IMG/VR virus record: IMGVR_UViG_3300028584_001242
Strand: one strand, 5' to 3'
DNA length: 64,000 nt
From: a virus
Taxonomy: Duplodnaviria > Heunggongvirae > Uroviricota > Caudoviricetes
Shown here: piece after piece, positions 56,557 through 64,000 of the stretch
How the letters are laid out: each line of letters starts with the position of its first letter
Position numbering within the stretch: the first letter of the stretch is position 1
The notes under the pieces: model-generated
Databases searched by the model: none
Seen by the model: the letters and a program-made list of their open reading frames with translations, nothing else
Told to the model about the DNA's origin: nothing
Position numbers and translations under genes: made by a program

Positions 56557-57039
56557 TTATTTGTCAATACGATAATAGAATGTGTAATAACCCGAACCAC
56601 TTGCCCCCATATGGCAACCATACTTACGCCCATCAATAGGATCATCAGGAATAGTGGAAACAGTGTCAAATTTTAGAGCATCATAATTAGCAATGATTTG
56701 TTTACACACATCGAGTGAAAGTAAGGCTGAATCTTGTATTTTAACTAATGACTCATCCGCATCAATTACAAAGTCAACACTTTCATAATTAGGAACTTGT
56801 GTTAGATAGGCAGCATCTTTAAGTTTACTCACATTTTCAACACTCATGCCAGACATGGAAACACCTTCATTTTTTGCAAAGAGAGCCGCCGTAGCAATAG
56901 TGTTTGCAGTGTTTAATAAGTAAGCAGTTTTTGTATAAATAGAATTATTATTATAGGCATAAAAACCATAAGCAATTGTTGCAACAGATAAAGCAGCCAT
57001 AAGAGCAATAGAAATGATCGAGATAATAAGTGAAAACAT
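56557..57039 (-). CDS. pilin-like protein (MFSLII.IISIAL type)
   Basis: Hydrophobic N-terminus MFSLIISIISIALMAALSVATIAYG; L-AAYLTQVP; C-terminal Cys pair. Confidence 0.55.
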   Translation of the reverse strand: MFSLIISIISIALMAALSVATIAYGFYAYNNNSIYTKTAYLLNTANTIATAALFAKNEGVSMSGMSVENVSKLKDAAYLTQVPNYESVDFVIDADESLVKIQDSALLSLDVCKQIIANYDALKFDTVSTIPDDPIDGRKYGCHMGASGSGYYTFYYRIDK

Positions 57040-57232
57040 GTATTCTCCGTTATTAATATTAACTTCCAAGTTAGTCTAACACCAAACTCTTAATTAATAA
57101 TTTACCTCGGAGTACAACGATGTCAATTATTTTTTATATAAATTAATATATCAAAGTGCCACTATTTACATATAAAAATAAATATATAAACAAAAAAGAC
57201 AGCCTTAGCTGTCTTCTTTTTGTACATGACGA

Positions 57233-57475
57233 TTAGTAGTTTTGATCACTATCTCCGATGGAGTAGACGACAACTTGCTCTTTTGTGTCCTTATCGGTCA
57301 CAGTGATGGCTTCTGGTAAATTGATGTCAGCAAATTCACCGAGAGCATAGAAACCTTCTTGTCGAACACACAACTTTGAACCGGCTGGCAGTTCTTTCAA
57401 TGCGGCAATCATATCTTCAACATCGATCATTGCACTAACAGAACCAGCAACGTTTGTTGTAATAAGAGTTTTCAT
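57233..57475 (-). CDS. small hypothetical protein
   Basis: GGAGG RBS. Confidence 0.75.
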   Translation of the reverse strand: MKTLITTNVAGSVSAMIDVEDMIAALKELPAGSKLCVRQEGFYALGEFADINLPEAITVTDKDTKEQVVVYSIGDSDQNY

Positions 57476-57568
57476 GAAACCTCCTTGATTTAGATCCTTA
57501 TAATAACAAAAAACAGAATAATAGGCAACAAAAAAAGGAGCCGAATCTCCTTTTTCTTTAAAGTCTGG

Positions 57569-57877
57569 TTATTTCCAGAGCTTCAACATACTACCAGCCA
57601 AATCGGCACTGATTGTTTCCATCTCGTAATACTTACCCGAATGTTTATGGATAAGTTCTTTGAGCCGAAGAACTTCTTTATCAGCATACTGTTTGGTGGT
57701 GAACAGCGTGGCATGTAGGCTTTTTTCGTTTTCTTGAAAACCTGTGTCAGCACTGACCATTGGCTTACTGAAAGTGGGCAGAGATCCATCACCTTGTGCG
57801 TCAGCTTTGAAACCAGACCAGAACATGTAGCCCAGAGCATTGTTTGGATCGAGGTCTTTAACAGCAATCAAATACAT
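57569..57877 (-). CDS. hypothetical protein (paralog of 19858..20142)
   Basis: Starts 11 nt after the peptide C stop; probably co-transcribed. Confidence 0.75.
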   Translation of the reverse strand: MYLIAVKDLDPNNALGYMFWSGFKADAQGDGSLPTFSKPMVSADTGFQENEKSLHATLFTTKQYADKEVLRLKELIHKHSGKYYEMETISADLAGSMLKLWK

Positions 57878-57888
57878 GATGGATTTCC

Positions 57889-58020
57889 TTATTCAGCGTC
57901 TTGGTGACGGTTGCGGCGAGCATCACGGAACTGACGCTCTTTGCGATTTTCTTTGGTCTTGGAAGAATCTTGTTGCTTACCACGAAAACGTTCTGTTGCT
58001 TCACCGAAAGAACCTTGCAT
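57889..58020 (-). CDS. small basic peptide, MQGS family copy C (43 aa)
   Basis: MQGSFGEATERFRGKQQDSSKTKENRKERQFRDARRNRHQDAE; GGAGA RBS; TTTACA-17-TATACT promoter at 58066-58094; absent from the ORF track. Confidence 0.85.
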   Translation of the reverse strand: MQGSFGEATERFRGKQQDSSKTKENRKERQFRDARRNRHQDAE

Positions 58021-58109
58021 TTGTGTATCTCCGACTGGTTTATGGTGTTTCGTTTTGATGAGACAAGTATAGCTAAAATCAGATTTTATGTAAAGATATT
58101 TTTGTTCGA

Positions 58110-58223
58110 TTAAAGGTTTTTTTTGAATTGATGATGGTAATAGAATTCAATAGCAGCAAAAATACCAATAGCCAAAAAACCGATAATAATGATAGTGTTC
58201 ATTCCGTCAACCATTTCTTTCAT
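58110..58223 (-). CDS. small membrane peptide (37 aa)
   Basis: MKEMVDGMNTIIIIGFLAIGIFAAIEFYYHHQFKKNL. Confidence 0.4.
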   Translation of the reverse strand: MKEMVDGMNTIIIIGFLAIGIFAAIEFYYHHQFKKNL

Positions 58224-58322
58224 GATTTTTCACCGCTGTTATGGAATGTTGATTATACCAAAATTGATTATTTATCTCAACAAAAAAGACACCTGACGGT
58301 GCCTTTATTTGATATATCATTA

Positions 58323-59078
58323 TTACAAGATAGTCACATTGGCCCGAGCTTTGATATGCTCAATAAAGCCTTGGATACCATCAGTGATGAAGGCATTGAA
58401 ATGGAATTCAAAGTCCTTCAAACCTGCTTTCTGTGCAGCCTCAAAGTATTCATACATTTGTGGAACGTTCATACCAGTGGTGTAAACATAAACGATTTTG
58501 CCACCTTTTGCTTTGAATTCGGTAAACGCAGACACCAGAGCTTCTTTTGTATATCCGCCCAAATTCAAGATGTAGGAAAAATTCGCATCGCGTTGTCCCA
58601 AATACTGACGTGTGTGTTCTTCCAGATACGGGTCATTTTCAAGGTTGATGTATTGGGTGTTTGCATTGATGACGTGAGTAGGTTTCCACCCCATATCAAC
58701 AGGTTCTTCTGTTTCAATTTCCCATTCTGGAAGCATGAAGCAATAGCCACCTGCTGAGTTAATCAGCACTCGTTTACCATCAAGAATTTCTGCCAGCATA
58801 TTGGAGAAACGTTTGTTGATAATGCCATCCAATTCGTAAATTGGGTTTTTACCATGAAGTTTGCAGTGAGCAACCGTTGCTGCAAGGATGCCAGCAGCCG
58901 GTGTAGTGCGTGGAAGATCACCCCAGCTTTCAATTTCGGCTTTCTCACGGATCAAATGGCTAACTTGTGCAACCACTTGACCGGAAGTATGCTCCATAAA
59001 CGACATCAGATTTTCTGGAGTGTCAACCAACATCCACTGACCTTCAATTGGGGCGTTCTTGATGGTAACTCGATTCAT
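58323..59078 (-). CDS. hypothetical protein
   Basis: 251 aa ORF. Confidence 0.8.
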   Translation of the reverse strand: MNRVTIKNAPIEGQWMLVDTPENLMSFMEHTSGQVVAQVSHLIREKAEIESWGDLPRTTPAAGILAATVAHCKLHGKNPIYELDGIINKRFSNMLAEILDGKRVLINSAGGYCFMLPEWEIETEEPVDMGWKPTHVINANTQYINLENDPYLEEHTRQYLGQRDANFSYILNLGGYTKEALVSAFTEFKAKGGKIVYVYTTGMNVPQMYEYFEAAQKAGLKDFEFHFNAFITDGIQGFIEHIKARANVTIL

Positions 59079-59179
59079 GACGTTTAATCCATTTGTGTTT
59101 GAGTAAGGCTATTATAACAAAAGCCCTGAACAAAAACAAGATTATTCAAGGCTTTTATTGGTTTCTTAATAAAAAACTA

Positions 59180-59923
59180 TCAAGAAATGATGTTTTTTTG
59201 CTTCAACTCTTTGTAAAACAGGTCACGGGCATACGCTGGAATGTTTTTAGTGTTGCCATTCAACAGGAAAGTCCGTTCTTGCAAGATTTTCTTCGAATTG
59301 TCCATTGCAGCACCGAGTTGTTCACGCTGTTTTGGGATTTTAGAGTCGCCCCGGTTTGCGATTTCGGTTGCCCACAAGAGTTCCCGAGCAGCGTCAACAG
59401 CCTGATTAGCGGCTTTAAAGCGGGCCATCACATCTTCCACTTCTTTAATGCGTTCAGCCTTAATCGCATTCAAAGCCGAGAGAGTAAGTGCCGAGCTAAC
59501 CACAATGTCGAATTCGTTGATGAATGCTGCCAAGAATTCTTCTTTATCGGTGATACCCAACGCTAGCACAGCTTTCATTTTCGGTTCGATTTCAGCTACC
59601 GAGTATTCACGCGAATATTCAGCAGACAAATCTTTTGACGGCTTAATCGAAGCCCGAACAGTCGGCTCGCCTTCTTTGTAGTTGATGCAAAACGAGAAGC
59701 TACGGTCAAAACGCTGATGACCTTTTTCATTGTGGTGAATACCACCACGAATGTTGAAGATAGCCATGAAGTCAAATGTAACCGAAGCGGCCACATACAC
59801 CTGATCGTTGGCGTAGGTGCGACGTTCTTCTTTGCCGTTCAGTTCTAAGTAAGAGATGAACGAAAGGGCTTTGAATAAGGTCAATTCTGGTTTCAGGACG
59901 GCCATCGGAGTCATGTTTTTCAA
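59180..59923 (-). CDS. hypothetical protein (paralog of 32515..33225)
   Basis: TTG start 7 nt after AGGAGA gives MKNMTPM. Confidence 0.8.
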   Translation of the reverse strand: MKNMTPMAVLKPELTLFKALSFISYLELNGKEERRTYANDQVYVAASVTFDFMAIFNIRGGIHHNEKGHQRFDRSFSFCINYKEGEPTVRASIKPSKDLSAEYSREYSVAEIEPKMKAVLALGITDKEEFLAAFINEFDIVVSSALTLSALNAIKAERIKEVEDVMARFKAANQAVDAARELLWATEIANRGDSKIPKQREQLGAAMDNSKKILQERTFLLNGNTKNIPAYARDLFYKELKQKNIIS

Positions 59924-60032
59924 GGGTGTATCTCCTAAGAAAGTAGATTGATTATACACAAAAATAAGTTTTTCTACAAGCTTTTTTAGAGAATAAAAAA
60001 ACCTTCCGAAGAAGGTCTTTTAGAAGTGCTGA

Positions 60033-60383
60033 TTAACGGCTGGCTTGGTCAATGGCATATTGGTCATTGACATGGTTCATGATGTCATCAATATCCCGCT
60101 GACCAAAAGAGAACGCTTCATGGATACGCTTCATGTCCAGAATGGCTTGACCATAGGCCGCATGAAAAGATTCAGCCCGATCAATCGAGTCATATTCAGC
60201 TTCGCCACCCATTGAGTTACTGATAGCGACTTCAATGCCATGTTTGTTAATGACAACGGCCCGAACCTTAATCGCTTCTTCCGACCAGTAACCATTTGGT
60301 TTAAAGGTAATTACGAGCCATTGGCGGTCTGGCTGCATGATAGAACTTTTACTGATCTCAAATTTACGTTCATAACCAACCAT
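60033..60383 (-). CDS. phage-type hypothetical protein
   Basis: Start MVGYERK after GGAG. Confidence 0.7.
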   Translation of the reverse strand: MVGYERKFEISKSSIMQPDRQWLVITFKPNGYWSEEAIKVRAVVINKHGIEVAISNSMGGEAEYDSIDRAESFHAAYGQAILDMKRIHEAFSFGQRDIDDIMNHVNDQYAIDQASR

Positions 60384-60448
60384 GACGGCACTCCACTTCA
60401 AATTTAGAAAATTATTATAGCAAAAATGAGTTTTTGTGTCCACAACAA

Positions 60449-60745
60449 TTAGTGGATAGTGATACTCTTACGATGAATGACCAACAAACATTCGGCCATG
60501 TCTTTAAGCAAAGGATTGCTGATGTCGTAATAAGCATGGATGTAAGCCAACAACTCAACCAAGGAGACTTCACCCGTGAAAGGTTTCTGCTCCGTTTCCA
60601 GAGAATGCTTGTTGACTAACGATGAATAGGTGGTGATTGCCTCGTTAAGAACAGGCAGTTGAACGGGGTCACACTCGAAAGTGCCATCCATAATAGAACC
60701 ATTAACAAACAACAAATGACCACTGGAAGCCGTTGCAGTATTCAT
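60449..60745 (-). CDS. hypothetical protein
   Basis: GAGGA RBS. Confidence 0.7.
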   Translation of the reverse strand: MNTATASSGHLLFVNGSIMDGTFECDPVQLPVLNEAITTYSSLVNKHSLETEQKPFTGEVSLVELLAYIHAYYDISNPLLKDMAECLLVIHRKSITIH

Positions 60746-60894
60746 GTTAGATCCTCTATGAAATGAGCGAATCCTTTCTGAAAAACTCCCTTTCTATGTG
60801 ATGATTATAGCAAATTTAAGTTTTTTGATCAACCTTTATTTTGACAAAAAAAAAGGCCAGTGCTAGCTGACCTTTTTCTGTTTCTGTATTGGGT

Positions 60895-61050
60895 TTAATG
60901 GTGGCTTTTTCGAGAGCATTTTGTATGCAGCAAACTAAACTTTCTCACTTTCGATTGCGAAGGGCTTCTGTCATGGTGCTGATGATGATCACCGCCACCT
61001 GTAAAAATCAATGCAATGTAGATCAGTAACATTCTTTTCATTTTGAACAT
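60895..61050 (-). CDS. small His-rich peptide with hydrophobic N-terminus (51 aa)
   Basis: MFKMKRMLLIYIALIFTGGGDHHQHHDRSPSQSKVRKFSLLHTKCSRKSHH; AGGAG RBS; long leader. Confidence 0.55.
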   Translation of the reverse strand: MFKMKRMLLIYIALIFTGGGDHHQHHDRSPSQSKVRKFSLLHTKCSRKSHH

Positions 61051-61215
61051 GTTTATTCTCCTGTCATAGAATAGATTAAGGCATTAGAGCTTTAAGGTAT
61101 TGAATAGGCAGGTATTGTTTTTATTTTAAACCAATTTATTGTTTCATCTTATTCGATTCAATGTGCGTTAAGATGAGTAGATTATACACAAAAAAGATTA
61201 TTCACACAAGTTTTT

Positions 61216-61491
61216 TTAGATTTCAAACTGGAAACTACTGTATTTTTTTGGTTTTCGAGGTTTATTTTTTTTCTGACCGACTGGTTTATGGTCATCGGCC
61301 AAGTAATCAATGTCACCCATCATATCAACACCTGTTTTTTCAAAAACCTGTGCAGAGTGAGTGATATTGGCAAAAGCATAACCACGAGAAATACACCGAC
61401 TGGTTTCTTTCATGTCAGAGTGAAGTTGCCAGATCAAACCAATAAAAAGCAACAGAAACAGACCAAGACCAATATATCCAAGAATACTCAT
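61216..61491 (-). CDS. membrane-anchored hypothetical protein
   Basis: N-terminal TM helix; ATGA coupling. Confidence 0.7.
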   Translation of the reverse strand: MSILGYIGLGLFLLLFIGLIWQLHSDMKETSRCISRGYAFANITHSAQVFEKTGVDMMGDIDYLADDHKPVGQKKNKPRKPKKYSSFQFEI

Positions 61492-61961
61492 GCTACCTCC
61501 ATTTCCTGATTGACGGGAATAACAGCAGCCGTCACTAAATTAACGAACTCATCAATTGGCATGATATACTGCGAATAATCTTTAGAGTGACCATACCAAC
61601 CAACTTGGGTATAAGCGTGCTTGTTTCGCATGGATTTGACTACTTCACGGGCTACCTGACGAACAACACGGCTCTTTTCCTTCGGCAATACCAATCCAAC
61701 ATGGAAACGAACGATAGAAAGTAGCGTTGATTTATCAAGTCCATGCTCTGTAGTATCAGATGCTTGATAAAACAAGCCTTCATCCTCAGTGTCATAGCTT
61801 TCTGATTCTAAGTAGGTCACAGAGAACAGATTTTTTTCAATATCCATGCTAACAATAGCTTTATCGAAATCATAAATCGTAGCAAAAGGATATTGATGCT
61901 TAGCAAATTTTGCGGAAGCGGCGGTGATCGATTTCAAGTTTTTGTTGATACGCATAATCAA
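61488..61961 (-). CDS. hypothetical protein
   Basis: 157 aa ORF. Confidence 0.75.
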   Translation of the reverse strand: MIMRINKNLKSITAASAKFAKHQYPFATIYDFDKAIVSMDIEKNLFSVTYLESESYDTEDEGLFYQASDTTEHGLDKSTLLSIVRFHVGLVLPKEKSRVVRQVAREVVKSMRNKHAYTQVGWYGHSKDYSQYIMPIDEFVNLVTAAVIPVNQEMEVA

Positions 61962-61992
61962 TATCCTTTCAAAATTTAAGGTAGGTCTAAGA

Positions 61993-62367
61993 TCAACCCT
62001 CGACCAACTCTACATAAAAGCAATTGCCAAAAACATCAAAGTATGAAACATCAATGTCTTCCAAGTTAGCAAAGTAATTGCCGTTCGCATCTGAAGGCCA
62101 TACTTGCAAACCGGGTTCACTGTATTCACACCATTTTGAATAACCTTTGACTTCATCAGGTGCTAGGCCATTTTTTCGAACATAATCACCGGCTTCTTTC
62201 AAGAAGTTTACAAATTCAATCACGTCAGCTTTTTGCCCCACTGAAAACACGGCTGTTTCGGTGGCAGTGATTTCATCATAAGGATGAAGAAACGTAATTT
62301 CAACAACATACTGATTAGCATAAGGACTAGTGCTTTTTTCAAGCACCTTCAAATCAACAATTGGCAT
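61993..62367 (-). CDS. acidic hypothetical protein
   Basis: GAGGA RBS. Confidence 0.75.
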   Translation of the reverse strand: MPIVDLKVLEKSTSPYANQYVVEITFLHPYDEITATETAVFSVGQKADVIEFVNFLKEAGDYVRKNGLAPDEVKGYSKWCEYSEPGLQVWPSDANGNYFANLEDIDVSYFDVFGNCFYVELVEG

Positions 62368-62417
62368 TAATAAATCCTCTTTTCAGTGGCTTATTATACA
62401 GAAAAAGAAGCTCTTAA

Positions 62418-62810
62418 TCAACCACCAAAATCATAAGCTTTCAATCGACCTTTTCTATCATACCCCACCTGACAGCAATCAATCGACATAACCCATGTTG
62501 GCAAACCCTGCAGTTTTTCTGGCATGGTGAGCTTTTCTTGAACTACGCAATTAAAATCACCCAGAATGACTTTACGGCCTTTTGCATAGGCTGCATAGCC
62601 ATCGGAATACCCCTTAGATTCAATCGAATTGTCACGAAGGCCATCGAAGTTAAGCGGGAATTTGATGACACAATGTTTACTGCTGAAAGCTGCACGGTTA
62701 CGACCACAAGACGGTTGACCATATTTGAATTCAAGCCGGGTCAAGATATCCAAAGCCAGTGCATTCAGGTTGCTGCAACCGAAATTGACAAAATCAGCGA
62801 TGCTGGTCAT
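62418..62810 (-). CDS. minimal protein-kinase-like fold protein
   Basis: CGRNRAAF loop, VIKFP lysine, NSIE glutamate, VVQEK hinge, IDCCQVG loop, terminal YDFG. Confidence 0.55.
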   Translation of the reverse strand: MTSIADFVNFGCSNLNALALDILTRLEFKYGQPSCGRNRAAFSSKHCVIKFPLNFDGLRDNSIESKGYSDGYAAYAKGRKVILGDFNCVVQEKLTMPEKLQGLPTWVMSIDCCQVGYDRKGRLKAYDFGG

Positions 62811-62867
62811 GGCTCAAATCCTTTAAGATAGGAAATGATTATACCAAAAAACTTAAAAATAGGCAAC

Positions 62868-63002
62868 AAAAAAGAGATCCGAAGATCTCTTTCTGTAATC
62901 AAAACCGTCTTTTGATTGCCTCAAAGGGAAACTAAACAACACCCGTCAATGTTGAGTCATAGGAGAACGCCTACACCGTGAAACATGGCTCAAAGGCCGA
63001 CT
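62868..63002 (-). ncRNA. candidate small RNA (~135 nt)
   Basis: Lies between a TTGATT-17-TATAGT promoter (63008-63036) and a cUUCGg terminator (62868-62891); no RBS-led ORF; internal hairpins. Confidence 0.5.
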
Positions 63003-63050
63003 TAATAACTATAACAAAAGATCTTGAAAAAATCAAGACCTTTTCTCATT

Positions 63051-63263
63051 TTAAGTCAAATTAAAAGCAAATTCATACGCCAGTTTAAAGGAAGTGAATT
63101 CACCTTGTTCACAGCTTTCGCCACCATACTGTGGAATTTCAAACACTTTGAAAAGACCGTCAGGATGCATTTCGATATACCAGCCATCTTCAATATAAGG
63201 TGCCCGCTGAGTGGTCAGAACACCTGTTGATTCATCAAAGAAGGAAAACAGTTGAGTGGTCAT
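63051..63263 (-). CDS. small phage-type hypothetical protein
   Basis: AGGTG RBS. Confidence 0.7.
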   Translation of the reverse strand: MTTQLFSFFDESTGVLTTQRAPYIEDGWYIEMHPDGLFKVFEIPQYGGESCEQGEFTSFKLAYEFAFNLT

Positions 63264-63288
63264 TTATTCACCTATTAATTATTGAAAA

Positions 63289-63732
63289 TTATGGTTCCAA
63301 GTCAATGACAACAGAACCAAAGTGGATTACTTTTACAGGAGTGTGAACGTAGGCTTCAAGTGTTTGGTTTCCACCCGTTTCAGCACGGCCTGATTGCTCA
63401 AGATCTGAAAGAACTGCCAGTTCACGAATAAACCCTAGAAAACGATCCAACTTATATTCTTTACCTTTTAACGGGCTGAACGTAAGGTTATTGATGGCAT
63501 TAAGATAAATCTGACCAACAAAACTATTACCAATAGGAAAAACACCTCTGTAAGAATATTCACCGTTGACGAAAAAATCCTCATCGGTATTGATCTCAAT
63601 GATCAGTTGTTTAACACCAATGTCACTTTTTGCTTTCGTGATCTCTTGAATCAAAGGAAAGACATCACTGATAACGGATTCATCAGCATTGTTGAGAACA
63701 TTCAAGAGAACAGAAGCAGGTATTTTTTTCAT
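63289..63732 (-). CDS. hypothetical protein
   Basis: 147 aa ORF. Confidence 0.75.
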   Translation of the reverse strand: MKKIPASVLLNVLNNADESVISDVFPLIQEITKAKSDIGVKQLIIEINTDEDFFVNGEYSYRGVFPIGNSFVGQIYLNAINNLTFSPLKGKEYKLDRFLGFIRELAVLSDLEQSGRAETGGNQTLEAYVHTPVKVIHFGSVVIDLEP

Positions 63733-63897
63733 GATTTTATCTCGATTGGATTGAACGTCGATTATAACACATCGGTGATCGAAAAGCTATAATTTGAATT
63801 GAATAATAGCTTTTATCTAATGGATAAATAGCATAAGACTATTTTTATAGATAAAATCATATGTTAAATTATTAAAAGAATAAAATAGGTGATTAAA

Positions 63898-64000
63898 ATG
63901 ATTTTTGGCGAAAATAGAAATAAAAAATTAATAGCAGTGACCAATGAATTAAATGGAAAAAACTCAATACTCAATGCACTGAATTTATCAATGGCAGTAA
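63898..64000 (+). CDS. partial CDS running off the window
   Basis: AGGTG RBS then MIFGENRNKKLIAVTNEL..., open to the window end. Confidence 0.55.
   Translation, partial: MIFGENRNKKLIAVTNELNGKNSILNALNLSMAV

Noticed and set aside
53177-58020. Diversity-generating retroelement TR/VR pair (peptide copies B and C)
   Set aside because: The differences are not confined to adenines, both copies have full expression signals, and there is no reverse transcriptase in the window.
58031-61292. Exact 16-nt match CCGACTGGTTTATGGT at 58031 and 61277
   Set aside because: A single 16-mer match is plausible by chance in 64 kb. One copy is in coding sequence and the flanks do not align.
243-63792. Numerous + strand ORFs in the track, e.g. 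9452..10126, 16030..16758, 23558..24172 and 58128..58757
   Set aside because: They are antisense shadows of well-supported minus-strand genes and lack RBSs, promoters and recognisable motifs.
1-64000. Stop-codon reassignment (alternative genetic code)
   Set aside because: Standard-code ORFs tile the window, and recognisable genes (tdk, kptA, NUDIX, ykgJ-like) are full length. No suppressor tRNA is present.

Overview
AT-rich segment of a large extrachromosomal element, either a jumbo phage or a phage-like megaplasmid. The likely host is a gammaproteobacterium, probably enteric. No capsid, terminase, replicase or conjugation core genes are present, so phage versus plasmid cannot be decided from this window. 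About 110 mostly short, hypothetical genes lie on the minus strand. Most form self-contained units with a sigma70-like promoter, a shared CATCAAAACG-type 5' leader and an intrinsic terminator, often with a cUUCGg loop. Recognisable genes: RNA 2'-phosphotransferase (KptA/Tpt1), thymidine kinase, a NUDIX hydrolase, a SleB-type cell-wall hydrolase, a trypsin-like lipoprotein protease, a YkgJ-type Cys-cluster protein, a GNAT, a bacterial PH-domain protein, a cyclic-phosphate-processing receiver domain, a circularly permuted SLOG protein, an HNH-like nuclease, pilin-like proteins and two tRNA-Leu genes (UAA, CAA). Three signals were missed by the ORF track and stand out. (1) A 167-nt CCA-ending RNA co-transcribed with tRNA-Leu(CAA) looks like a miniaturised tmRNA. 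It has a tRNA-like domain and helix-2-like arms, no G3-U70, and a possible 15-codon non-degron tag. (2) Four dispersed copies of a 43-44 aa basic peptide gene (MQGS...RRxRHxDA[DE]) each carry their own promoter, and one sits directly upstream of tRNA-Leu(UAA). (3) There are several candidate structured RNAs: a duplicated 5' leader with covariation, a twin motif in the tRNA trailer, and an ORF-less ~135-nt transcription unit. All family calls come from motif recognition, not from database searches. Many start codons were refined by hand from RBS position.
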